Origin: Dehalococcoidia bacterium
GTDB lineage: Bacteria > Chloroflexota > Dehalococcoidia > Lucifugimonadales > UBA3495
Direction: 5' to 3'
DNA length: 64,000 nt
Assembly (NCBI GenBank): GCA_965219395.1
Contig: CBDCNN010000001.1
Span: 720,318 to 784,317 of the forward strand
Of the stretch, positions 28,516 through 38,471 are shown in pieces (positions within the stretch are counted from its first letter, which is position 1; every line of letters starts with the position of its first letter). The notes under the pieces are model-generated. The model saw only the letters and a program-made list of their open reading frames with translations, did not search any database and was not told the DNA's origin. The translations under genes and the position numbers were made by a program.

Positions 28516-30116
28516 CTACTCTAAAGCATTAAGCAGTTCTTTCAACCCGGAGACCTTTTCGTCCAGTAAGCTGACCTGCCTGTCGAGCCCGTTCCGCATA
28601 ATCCGCGCCCGGTCCAGGATTCTACCCACGTGGCCGTCGATGACCTCTGCGGATTTTGTGATTTCTTCCAAGCCGCCCGCTTGGCGCTCTATTTCTCGAA
28701 CGGCCTTGTCCAGCGCTTCAATGTCCAATCCCAAGCCGCCATTACCTGCGGCTCCTCTTACGCAAAGGGCCTTGGCAATCGACAGAGCTGCCCCGAGGTA
28801 GGGGTCTGTAGCCGGATCTTCGGCGTCCCAAATAGCCACTACGTCGTCTCCGTACCGGGCGACGGGTCCAGAATGTCCTGGGGAGCAGTGCGCTTTGAAA
28901 AAACGAACACGCCAATACTGGAGTCACGATTCTTTCTAGCTTCCTCGATCTCAGCGAGAGCCTTCTGAAGCGTGTAAGACTGGTCTTCCTTGGCCTCGAC
29001 GACAATTTGCGCTCCTGGAGCGGCCCGCTCCGGGCCCAACTTGATAACGCAGTCACCCTTCTTGTTATTTCTGATACGCCCTGTTGTGTTGCCGGTCCTG
29101 GTAGCAGTGTCTCCCTCTGTTTGTCTTTCATTCACGAAGTTGAAAACGGCGTCCTCAAAGACCAAACCGTGTTGGGTTCCCCTTTGAGATTCCTGTTTCC
29201 TGGCTGACATCTCGGTCAGTGCCTTCATAACTTCCAGTTGGAACTCGGAGTTGGACTTGTGCTCCTTCTCAATGACCTCCAGGAGTTCCTTTCTCATTCG
29301 GGCCAGCGCCGAACCCTCTTCGTCCAGGGAGAACTGGCTGCTTATCTGGCGCTGAGCGCCCTCGACCCGGTTCATCAGCCGTGACAGGGCGGAGTCCTCT
29401 TTATCGAGGGAAAACTCCACCACTACTGTATCGATGCGCTCTTCCAACGCCTTTCCCACATCCCCGTGGTTCTTTTTCAATTCCGACACCAAGCGATTGA
29501 GCGCACTCTCACCGTTATCGAGTGAGAACTCGGCGAGTATCTTTTCCCGCTGTTCCGACAATGTGGTCTCAGTTGACTGAGTCAACTTGGTAATGAGACC
29601 GCCGGTGGATTCAGGATCAAGGATACGCATTAGAGGGCTTTCGCTGCCCACGTGGGCGGCCAAAGTCTTGGCGAGGAGAGAGCCGTCTCCTTCTATTTGA
29701 CCTCGTATGACTCTCTCAAGCTCCCCAGTTTCGTCGTTTTGCCCGAGGAGGCCCCGAACCCTTTGCGTAAACAATCCGCTGTTAGGGTCAAAATACTCCT
29801 TGATGCAGCCACCCACTTGCTCGATAACACCGTGTTGATGCTTCTCAAGGGCGCTGCTCATATCCATGATGATGCGCTCGCCTGCATCTCGTATCTGATT
29901 GGCGTCAACCTGGCCTTGCGCCTGCCGGAAGGCGATAACGCCGATCTTCATGCTGGCCACTGCAAATTCGGAACGCTCCGGTTCGTCTCGCTTGGATAAC
30001 TCCGTATAAAGATCCGGGTCGGAGATTGTCAAGTGCAATTCAATCGAGCCAGTTCCGTTGGAGTAGGCGATTGCGGTTCCCGGGCCGTTGGCGGCTACAC
30101 TTCCTTCAGTCGTCAT
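28516..30116 (-). pseudogene. PD-(D/E)xK-like nuclease-domain protein (~533 aa if repaired) with three internal 'FSLD...SAL.RL' repeats; frameshifted
   Basis: ORFs 28839..30116 and 28516..28839 are adjacent in different frames. Adding one T to the T6 run (A6 on the plus strand, 28898-28903) gives continuous '...IGVFVFFKAHCSPGHSGPVARYGDDVVAIWDAEDP...'. The candidate nuclease motif is 'GDCVIKLG...IVVEAKED'. Confidence 0.6.
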
Positions 30117-30220
30117 AAAATCCTCTTTTACCGGAGGTGAAACAACCTGCAGCCTTCACCCACCTGCTGTCCTGGTGTGAGTCCGGTCTTCCGGGTCCAT
30201 TGCCGATATTTTATACAATC

Positions 30221-30748
30221 CTAGAGCCTCTGGTTAGACACCACCGGCTCCGAGGCCAATAGGGTGCGGAGCGTCCCCAGGTCCGGCAGCCCCAGGATTC
30301 GGCAAAGGCCGTCGTCCAAGACTCGGCGAGACGGGCAGTCGGCCATGTCTGGCAGCCGCTCGAACTCGGCTTCTACCAGTCCATCGAACAGGTCTGACAT
30401 CGCCTGAAGTTGCGCCGGTGACAGTTGGCGAACGTCAAGCACCGGCAGTTCCTCCAGGTTAGCTTTCTTCATGGCCACCCAGCCTCCCCTTGTGCTAGTC
30501 CGCTGGGCCAGAATAGTCAACAGCCCAAGGCTGGAGTTCAACCAAACAGCAATCGCCTTTTCGGTTGCCGCGTCCTCTACGCGGACGGGCCACCATACGT
30601 TTGACAGAACTCTCTTATCTGACCGCATTGCCACAACCCTCGTAGTTTCCAGCCAAAGCCTTTCCGAAACAAGGAGACGGCTTGACTGCTGCCATAAGTG
30701 GTCGCCATATCCTGGTCGCTGACCACCCCTCGGCTCAGCCAATGGAGC
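30221..30748 (-). pseudogene. C-terminal fragment (~175 aa) of a DNA methyltransferase / type IIG-like enzyme, truncated by IS630 insertion
   Basis: 'VWLNSSLGLLTILAQRTSTRGGWVAMKKANLEELPVLDVRQLSPAQLQAMSDLFDGLVEAEFERL' resembles the C-terminal region of large N6-adenine MTases (recalled pattern, unverified). The reading frame runs straight into the IS630 terminal repeat at 30749. Confidence 0.45.
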
Positions 30749-31855
30749 TAAACCAAAGCCAAGGTGAAACCTGCATACAGGTCGGCTACAATCAGGGAGG
30801 CATATCGTCAGGACCGGGAGAGGACTGAGCGGGGATGGGGATGGGTATGAGGGTGATACGGCCTGACTTGGAGCGGTGGCAGTTGGACTTGGATGGCGTG
30901 CGCAGCAGGATGTACTTGGCGCCGACGCCCCGGGAGAGAGAACGCTGGCATGCTCTGTGGCTCCTGTGCCGGGGCATGACCGCCTCGGCCTCTGCCCAAG
31001 CACTGGGCCGGGATGCTCATACCATCGGCAGATGGGCCACCGCCTTCAGCGAGGGAGGTCCGGCGGCTTTGATCTTCGAGCAGACTGGGGGTTCCCCCCC
31101 GTCCTCGGCGAGGAACAGCAGGCGGAGTTGCAGGAGGCGGTGTTCGCCTTCAAACGCCCCAAGAAACGGCTGCTCAAGGCCGATGTGGAGAAACGGGAGG
31201 CCTTCGTGGTAGAGTACGCCACCCTGTCGGAGGAGGCGTGGCGTACGGGAGAGAAGATATGCTTCGCCGACGAGGCCCATTTCCGTGCCGACGCCGAGTT
31301 GCGAGGCAAGTGGGTGCTGCGGGGAGAGCCGGCCTTGGTGGACTCGACCAGCCCGCGCTATGGCGAGAAGGCCAGCTACTATTCGGCGGTGTGCTTGGAG
31401 ACCGGCGAGGTGGAATGGATGGAACTGGAGGGGAACAGCAACAGCGAAACCTCGGCAGCTTTCTTGGAGCAGTTGCGGGGGAGGCAGAGCGGTCCCCTGA
31501 ACGTGATCTGGGACAACGCGCCGGCCCACCGGGGCGAGGCGGTGCGTGAGTATCTGCGGACGCCGGGCTTGGGGCTGCGGCTGATGAACCTGCCGGGCTA
31601 CAGCCCGGACTTCAACGCCGATGAGGCCATCTGGGGCTGGGCGAGAGAGGAAGCCACCGGAAACCTGTGCTTGGGAACCAAGGCGCTGGTAAAGGAGAGG
31701 GTCGGGAATTTCCTTCGCGGGCTGTCCAGCCGGCAAGACGAAGTCAAGGGCCGCTGCCGTACCCTCCTGCAATCAAAGGCCGAAGGATTTCTGCGAGAAT
31801 CCCAGCCCAATCACCGATGTATTGTAAATGCACATCCCACCTTGGCTTTGGTTTA
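30749..31855 (+). mobile_element. IS630-family insertion sequence (~1.1 kb) with 19-bp perfect terminal inverted repeats and flanking TA
   Basis: Left end is 'CTAAACCAAAGCCAAGGTG' (30748-30766). Right end is 'CACCTTGGCTTTGGTTTAG' (31838-31856), its exact reverse complement. Confidence 0.85.
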
Positions 31856-31856
31856 G
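30835..31856 (+). CDS. IS630-family transposase (HTH + DDE), two frames joined at a C7 run
   Basis: Frame A reads '...RERERWHALWLLCRGMTASASAQALGRDAHTIGRWATAFSEGGPAALIFEQTGGSPP'. Frame B reads 'VLGEEQQAELQEAV...ICFADEAHF...VIWDNAPAHRG...LPGYSPDFNADEAIW'. The shift occurs at C7 31094-31100, and the stop codon lies inside the right IR. Confidence 0.8.
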
Positions 31857-31958
31857 GTTCTCGGTGCTCATACTTTTGACCCCCTTATGGGAACCGCGAA
31901 GTTTTTTCGGTGATGGCGATCTGTGGCAATCTGCCACTGAGTCAGGTCGGCCAAAATT

Positions 31959-33779
31959 TCAGGACAACTGCCGCGGTTGGTTCCCTTTTCCCTTATTCTG
32001 CCTATTCATCCATATTTCGCGTACGAAGTTTCGTGCGCCCTCTAGGTCTGTGGACGATGCGAGGTCGTGCTGTTCGATTACTTCGTGCACCCACCTCGGG
32101 CCGTGTCCACCAATAGATTTACAGAATCCCTCCATTTCTCCAACTGGCACTATCCAGAGCCCAATGTTCTTGCAAAGAGATTGAAGTTCTCGGAAGTGGC
32201 GTGTCGCCTCACCCGGAGGGAATGCCTGTTGTCCCGCTGATTTGATAATTTCCCAGGGCGAAGCGCCCCGAATCTGACTTGCGATCTCATTTTTTAGTTT
32301 GTCTAGGGACTCATCCGTATCGAGAGTTCGGTCCAGGATCGCTTGAACCTCTTTCTTGACTGCGGCAACGCTGAGGGGACGCTTCTGTTCCTCCACGGCG
32401 GTTTTAACTGCCCTTGCACAAGGCTCTATCGGCGCCCAACAACCGCCAAGTGATTCCACGATATTCTGTAACACTTTCATGTCGTTGAGAACATCAATGT
32501 CCACGACCGCATCAACTGGTACGTCAAGGGAATTTAGTGCCTTGGCCAAGGTGGCTATTCGGTGCTTGCCGGCGGCATGTGTGAACAGTACGTCCGGATA
32601 GCGTCCACCATGAACCTCATGAATATTTAATATAGAACTGTAGAACATACAGTCTGCATCGCCCTCGCAGATGATCACCCTCTCGTGGAATACTCCAGAC
32701 AGTACTGATGAGTACCTCATCAATGGATCAAGGCTTATTTCTTTGACGATTTCCTTGTCTAGTTCCTTTATGCGGTTTACATCGCCGTTCCTTTGCATTC
32801 TGAGCACCCTAAGGTGATCAGGGGCCACTCCGATCAGTCCGTGCAAAACGTCTGGGCTGTGGGTGGCAACAAAGAGCTGGGCTTGGTTGGATCTTTCGGC
32901 GGCGATGATTTCCCCGAGCAGTCGGGCCTGAGGAGGATGCAGGAACGCCTCAGGTTCGTCGAGGAGTAAGATATTTGGAGTTATCGGTGCGAGTAAATAC
33001 AGGATGACGCTAGCAAAGCTGCGCATTCCATCACCCTGCGCGTCTAAGGATATCGTCGAGGCTATCAACCGCTCAATGTAGGTAGCGGAAACGCGGTCCT
33101 CTCGGCCAATAAGAATAGGCCGTTCGCCAACAAGCAGAGGTGACCTCCTACCTCCGGCTCGGTAGAGAATTAGGTCTTGGCCGAATGCACGGCTGAAATA
33201 CTCGCTAAGCCTTTCCTCTGCCCTGTCGTCATACAGCAAGTGGATTGGATGTGAAGGATTTTCTGTTAAAGGGTCAATAGCATTCGGGGGATTGCTGCCG
33301 GTTATGCGATTTTCCGTAGGGATTCTCTGGCAGAAAAATGGCCTGAATTGAGCAATGTCACCGGGCCACATGGAAGCGAAGCTGCTCCCGCCTACGCCGA
33401 AGCTAACTCCATAGCCTTGAATATTTATTGAATTCCCTTGGTTCTGTGATACCACCCTCGCGTTTTTGCGGACAAATTCCTCAAACGATTCTGGCGTTCC
33501 AACTGTCCTGACTTTGGTTGATGTGAGGACTCTTGATTCTGGCTTTCCGCCAACATAATCTTCTAGTTCTCGTAGGGCCAAGCTCTTGCCCGCATTGTTG
33601 GGTCCAACCAAGACAATCACATCGTTAGGTTCAATCTCGACCGTCGTCCCATCGGAGAAAGTTATACTCTCGAATGTTACTTGCGGCCGCTCGTCAGCTT
33701 GCTGGATCGGTGAGTTCAGCAGAAGTCCTCCGTCCTCGTCCATCGTTGAAAAACTTGATTCGTTCATGTCCAAATCCAT
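31959..33779 (-). CDS. OLD-family / PARIS(AriA-AriB fusion)-like ABC ATPase + Toprim nuclease (606 aa)
   Basis: Walker A 'VLVGPNNAGKS', 'LDAQGDGMRSF', Walker B 'ILLLDEPEAFLHP' and 'VATHSPDVL'. These are followed by Toprim-like 'VIICEGDADCMFY' and 'VDAVVDIDVLND'. The start is taken at the internal ATG 33779 ('MDLDMNESS'). Confidence 0.75.
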   Translation of the reverse strand: MDLDMNESSFSTMDEDGGLLLNSPIQQADERPQVTFESITFSDGTTVEIEPNDVIVLVGPNNAGKSLALRELEDYVGGKPESRVLTSTKVRTVGTPESFEEFVRKNARVVSQNQGNSINIQGYGVSFGVGGSSFASMWPGDIAQFRPFFCQRIPTENRITGSNPPNAIDPLTENPSHPIHLLYDDRAEERLSEYFSRAFGQDLILYRAGGRRSPLLVGERPILIGREDRVSATYIERLIASTISLDAQGDGMRSFASVILYLLAPITPNILLLDEPEAFLHPPQARLLGEIIAAERSNQAQLFVATHSPDVLHGLIGVAPDHLRVLRMQRNGDVNRIKELDKEIVKEISLDPLMRYSSVLSGVFHERVIICEGDADCMFYSSILNIHEVHGGRYPDVLFTHAAGKHRIATLAKALNSLDVPVDAVVDIDVLNDMKVLQNIVESLGGCWAPIEPCARAVKTAVEEQKRPLSVAAVKKEVQAILDRTLDTDESLDKLKNEIASQIRGASPWEIIKSAGQQAFPPGEATRHFRELQSLCKNIGLWIVPVGEMEGFCKSIGGHGPRWVHEVIEQHDLASSTDLEGARNFVREIWMNRQNKGKGNQPRQLS

Positions 33780-33809
33780 CCATTGCCTAACAAACCCCGC
33801 ATACCCGCG

Positions 33810-34121
33810 CCCGTGGACCAAAGTGGCATCGGGCGACACATACACCGCTTCCTCCGCCCTGATGGCTAGGAAGGCATCCACGGCCACCGTGCCCAGGTAG
33901 AGCAACGCGCCCTCGACCGCCTGGTCCGTCTTTGATCTTACAACGTGCAGCCAGCCCGAGCCGTCCTCGTGCAGCTCCACGTCTCCCCAGCGGAGCGCCG
34001 CGGCATCCGAGCGCCGGAGCAGCCCGGCCCGGATCACCTGCAGGATGGACACTTCAACCAGGGCCCGCTTCGCAAGGTTGTCAACTTCGCCTCCTTGCGG
34101 GGTATTCCACCTGCCCAACAA
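33810..34121 (-). pseudogene. Tyrosine recombinase (integrase) internal fragment fused in-frame upstream of the OLD-like gene
   Basis: 'AGLLRRSDAAALRWGDVELHEDGSGWLHVVRSKTDQAVEGALLYLGTVAVDAFLAIR' matches the region around the first catalytic Arg of phage-type integrases. There is no N-terminal domain and no HxxR/Y region. Confidence 0.5.
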
Positions 34122-34135
34122 ACGGGCGGTTCCGT
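34113..34135 (-). repeat. Copy a of a conserved ~25-nt motif (plus strand GCCCAACAAACGGGCGGTTCCGT)
   Basis: Compare 34691-34714 (GTCCAACAAACGGGGTGTTTCCAC) and 35270-35317 (GCCCAACAAACGGGCG...GGGGCGGTTCCAC). Confidence 0.6.
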
Positions 34136-34249
34136 ACCGGGCCTTGTGTGAACCACATAATCAATTACTGAGACTTGCTGACCATCTGCTGCAGCTTGCA
34201 GGGTTTTGGCGATCCGCCTCTTCAACCCTTGTGGGTCTCATTTCCATAG

Positions 34250-34651
34250 TCACTTTCGGCGGCGTAATTGACGGGCCACTAGCGTATTTCCCTCGAGGAG
34301 CTGCTCTAGGGTGTACTCTGTATAGCCCACACCTGGCCATTCAACGTATGTCCCGCCCGAGCGGTAGGCCGCTACTCTAGACGCTAATTCGGCATCCGAG
34401 TCCTCGCCGTGGGTGTCCCACCAAGTCGAGTCGGCAGCCTTCCTGATCAGATAATACGCACTCTCAGCCGTCTGGCCAGCAGACCGGAGCGTATGCTCCC
34501 ACGAGACGTAATCAGCCACCTCGGCAGCGCACTGTTCCGGGAAGTGGTCTTTACCTTTGCCAACATAGGCACCCCTCGGGCAGTGTGCGCCGATCTTCCC
34601 ATTCCTCCTCAGCCACTCCATCAGCTGGATCTGCTCCCTCTCGATGGTCAT
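34250..34651 (-). CDS. Hypothetical protein (133 aa from ATG 34651)
   Basis: ORF with GGGAGGAGAGG about 5 nt upstream of the ATG. No recognisable motif. Confidence 0.45.
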   Translation of the reverse strand: MTIEREQIQLMEWLRRNGKIGAHCPRGAYVGKGKDHFPEQCAAEVADYVSWEHTLRSAGQTAESAYYLIRKAADSTWWDTHGEDSDAELASRVAAYRSGGTYVEWPGVGYTEYTLEQLLEGNTLVARQLRRRK

Positions 34652-34690
34652 GCCTCTCCTCCCGTTACACGTGCGTGCGCAATACTTGGT

Positions 34691-34714
34691 GTCCAACAAA
34701 CGGGGTGTTTCCAC
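34691..34714 (-). repeat. Copy b of the same motif, ~40 nt upstream of ATG 34651
   Basis: Direct sequence comparison by eye. Confidence 0.6.
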
Positions 34715-34722
34715 ATCGGTTT

Positions 34723-35157
34723 CTACGGGGCCGGTTGCTTGACGCCATCGGGCACTTCGTCGTCCACACCATACTGGGCAACTCCTAAGTTGTTCGTGAA
34801 AATCGGTGGCATGCAATGTAGCACCCGATACCGGAAGTCATCGTACTCGATGGCGAAACTGAATTGGCGTAGCTCGCCTAACGTCCGTTTGTGGAAAACG
34901 TGTTTTTCGGCCTTCCAGTACTGCAGCGCCGAAGCCAGCTCCACCAGCCGAATCTCTTTCCCTAGGAACATCAGAGTCACGGGCGCTTTGACTCGCCGTT
35001 CCCGGACCGCCTTTGCCACTGCGCCTAGTGTTCTCCCAGATAGAACCGCAGCTCCAAGTGGGGTCAGCACCTCGATTTCGCCGGCAGCGTTCGGTTCGCA
35101 ATACACACTGAAATGGTCATCGTCCATAAGAGCCTCCTTCTGTAGCATCTCAGTCAT
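34723..35157 (-). CDS. Hypothetical protein (144 aa)
   Basis: ORF with TATAAT 13 nt upstream of the ATG. No recognisable motif. Confidence 0.45.
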   Translation of the reverse strand: MTEMLQKEALMDDDHFSVYCEPNAAGEIEVLTPLGAAVLSGRTLGAVAKAVRERRVKAPVTLMFLGKEIRLVELASALQYWKAEKHVFHKRTLGELRQFSFAIEYDDFRYRVLHCMPPIFTNNLGVAQYGVDDEVPDGVKQPAP

Positions 35158-35269
35158 TCATTATATCGCGAATTCCTGAAATCGTGCAATGCGGAATTAT
35201 CGCGTAACAGTGCTAACGAACTAGGGCGATGCAACTAGGTGTGGAGCGCGAACGATAAGGGAAAGGGGT

Positions 35270-35346
35270 GCCCAACAAACGGGCGTTTTTGTGCAGGGCT
35301 CAGAGGGGCGGTTCCACAGCTTTGTAAGAGTGCACAACAAACACTC
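35270..35346 (-). repeat. Copy c (split by a ~20-nt insert) plus a degenerate fourth copy GTGCACAACAAACACTC (35330-35346)
   Basis: Direct sequence comparison by eye. Confidence 0.55.
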
Positions 35347-35442
35347 TCAACCACAATTAGTGAATAAAAAGTCCGGCAAGGGGTTTTTGAGTGGATGCAG
35401 GTGGGATCGGGGATACTGCCCTCCGATCAGCCTAGTAGTCCA

Positions 35443-36176
<734 letters not shown>

Positions 36177-37850
36177 GCTATGGACTAACTGAAACTGTTA
36201 CGCCGTCACCAGGTCTGATCGGTTAGGCGTGTCCAAAGTGTGGACATCGGTTATGGGCACCAACTGGTAACCCAGTTGTGCCGCCCGGCGCCGGGCGGTG
36301 TGCAATGCCCTTTGGCGATAATGATGCTCATAGTACTCCGCGCCGGCGTCCACGTACCGGTGTCCGCAGCGCAGCATGGAGTAGATGATCCGGGCCAGCT
36401 TGTGCGCCGTGGCAGTGATGGCCTTGGGCGCTCCCAGGTGGGCTTTCTTCCGGCGCAGGAATGCGCCCAGGGCACTGTCGGAGCGGTGCAGCGCGTTGGC
36501 CGCCAGACGCAGCGCCGCCGCCGCACGGTTGGCGCTGGCCTTGGTCTTTGAGCTGATTACTTTCCCGCCGGTGATGCGGTTGTTGGGGCTCAGCCCCAGC
36601 CAGGAGGCGAAGTGCTTGGCGTTGGGCCAGCGGGTCATGTCCGTCCCCACCTCGCTGATCACCTTCAGCGCCGTGTAGGCCTCCACCCCGTCAATCCTGG
36701 TCAGGTCCACTCCGGTCATCCGGTACAGCTGGCCCTGGACGTCGAAGCGCGGAGCGTTCTTCTGATTGCGCCTCTTGCCGTTGGGAGCCGGAGGTTCGCC
36801 GTCGCTGCGGTCCTCAAACCGCTCCAGCTGGGCTTCAATCTCCTGGTCGCACTCGGCGATCTTGGCCTGATAGGTCCGGTACAGCTCCAGAGCCTGGGCC
36901 AGCTCGAAGAGGTGCTCCTTCCTCCAGTGTCCCTGTAGCGACCTCGCGATGGTCCTCTCGTCGGACTTGGTCCTGGGATCGCGCAGCCGGGCAAGTCTGC
37001 GGGGACTCCTCTCGCCCTGCACTATGGCCTCGATGATGTCCATGCCGGTCTTGCCCGTGATGTCCCTGATCACGTGCTGCAGCTTCACGTTCATCTGCGT
37101 CAGCGCCTTCTGCATGTGCTGCACGTGCCGGGCGGCATGCTCCACCAGCATGGCCCGCTGCCTCAGGTAGCTGCGCAGCCGCCGGATCTCATCCTCCGGC
37201 CGGAAGGCTCCCGACAGCAGTCCGTAGGTGTGCAGTTGCTGTAGCCACTGGCAGTCCAGCACGTCCGTTTTCCGGCCGGGCACGTTCTTGATGCGCCTGG
37301 GATCCACCAGCATCACCTCAAACCCCCGTTCCTCCAGCACCCCGAACAAGGGAATCCAGTACACGCCGGTGGACTCCATGGCCACGGTCTTCACCCCGCA
37401 CTCGGCCAGCCAGTCGGCCAGGCGGTACAGGTCGGCGGTGAAGGCCTCAAACTCCTGCACCGGCTGTTCTGTCCGGTCGGCAGGAACCGCCACGAAATGG
37501 CTGCTGGCGCCCACGTCAATGCCTGCCGCGTTGAGGTTCAGCTGGGACAGTCCCGCCGGTTCTGCACCGCTCTTGCCTCTGCTCATCACCGCCTCCAGGA
37601 TTGCCTTGTAAGGCGCGTCGCCGGAGGGAGCCAACAACGTCGAACAATCTATGGAACGGGATCGCCCCGGCTGGGGCGTCACCAATGATGCCGTCGCAAG
37701 GCTCCCGGACCATGCTGTCCATCGGGTAATATCCACCAGTGCATACCCGGTCTCTGTCCAGGCGACACGCCTCGCCATAGAGTATACATTCCTGGGTGGA
37801 CTCCCCAGTTAGTCGCCTCTGCCCGGCCCGGACACGGGCGTAACTCTGCT
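36177..37850 (-). mobile_element. IS110-family insertion sequence (~1.67 kb) inserted inside the IS630 transposase gene
   Basis: Joining 37848-37856 (GTGGACAGC on the minus strand) to 36176 (ATCAGCCCTGAG) restores 'EIVDS|ISPETV'. GCT is present at both junctions, so the boundary is ambiguous by 3 nt. Confidence 0.75.
36198..37586 (-). CDS. IS110-family (DEDD) transposase, 462 aa
   Basis: 'AAGIDVGASSHFVAVP...VAMESTGVYWIPLFGVLEERGFEVMLVDPRRIKNVPGRKTDVLDCQWL' followed by the C-terminal 'SWLGLSPNNRITGGK' motif. Start is taken at ATG 37586 ('MSRGKSG'). Confidence 0.85.
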   Translation of the reverse strand: MSRGKSGAEPAGLSQLNLNAAGIDVGASSHFVAVPADRTEQPVQEFEAFTADLYRLADWLAECGVKTVAMESTGVYWIPLFGVLEERGFEVMLVDPRRIKNVPGRKTDVLDCQWLQQLHTYGLLSGAFRPEDEIRRLRSYLRQRAMLVEHAARHVQHMQKALTQMNVKLQHVIRDITGKTGMDIIEAIVQGERSPRRLARLRDPRTKSDERTIARSLQGHWRKEHLFELAQALELYRTYQAKIAECDQEIEAQLERFEDRSDGEPPAPNGKRRNQKNAPRFDVQGQLYRMTGVDLTRIDGVEAYTALKVISEVGTDMTRWPNAKHFASWLGLSPNNRITGGKVISSKTKASANRAAAALRLAANALHRSDSALGAFLRRKKAHLGAPKAITATAHKLARIIYSMLRCGHRYVDAGAEYYEHHYRQRALHTARRRAAQLGYQLVPITDVHTLDTPNRSDLVTA

Positions 37851-38258
37851 GTCCACTATCTCCCGCTCCACCAATCCGTCGGCCAGCAGTTGCAGCGTCC
37901 AACCGGCACGGCCCTCCGGCGGTTCGCTACAAGCGAGGTGAGTCAGGTGGGCCTCTCCTTGGCCGTCCAGCTTCCTCGGGCGGCGGTTGACCTGCTCCCT
38001 GCGTCCCAAGGCTGCCTCCACTCCCTCCTCAACACAACGGCGGCGCACCCGTCCCACCGTGGCGTCCCCCACCCTCAGGACCCGGGCTATTTCCTCGTCC
38101 TTCATCGCCCCGCATTCTTGATTTTCATCGCTGAGCAGCATAATGCGGGCGTGGGTCTGTTTATATGCTGCCGTCCGTCCCCGGGACACCAGTCCATTCA
38201 GTTCCTGTTGCTCCTCTACACTCAGACTGACCCGGTACCTCTTCGCTGGCATCCCCAT
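37848..38258 (-). pseudogene. IS630-family transposase, N-terminal HTH part
   Basis: 'AKRYRVSLSVEEQQELNGLVSRGRTAAYKQTHARIMLLSDE...GWTLQLLADGLVEREIVDS', then the IS110 junction. Confidence 0.75.
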
Positions 38259-38471
38259 CCTCCCAACATCACCTTAGCTTTTGACGTGTCCCGGCAATAC
38301 CACAGCTAATTATCTATCAATCCTACGCTGTTGCACTACTAGGCGCGAATGTCATAAGAAGATCTCGGGATCGCTTCGCACCCTCAAACTCCTGATGAGC
38401 AAGAAGCAACCAACTTTCGAACCCAACAAGGTTCGGAATCTCGGTGAACCGACAAATTCTCCGCCCTATTG

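Noticed and set aside
30749-31003. N-terminal ~85 aa of ORF 30221..31003 treated as part of the methyltransferase-like protein
   Set aside because: That stretch is a read-through into the IS630 left end on the opposite strand from its transposase. Homology-like sequence begins only at or below 30748.
31959-34121. 720-aa ORF read as a single integrase-OLD fusion protein
   Set aside because: The first ~100 aa are an internal integrase fragment without an N-terminal domain or the catalytic Tyr region. The ORF 'start' is a TTG inside the repeated motif. A proper ATG (33779) precedes the ATPase domain.
34113-35346. The repeated motif as bona fide integron attC sites
   Set aside because: It contains GTTGGGC (GTTRRRY) on the coding strand. 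However, I see no paired RYYYAAC ... GTTRRRY imperfect palindrome of 60-140 bp. There is no IntI-type integrase with its extra domain and no attI, so it is kept only as a cassette-like hypothesis.
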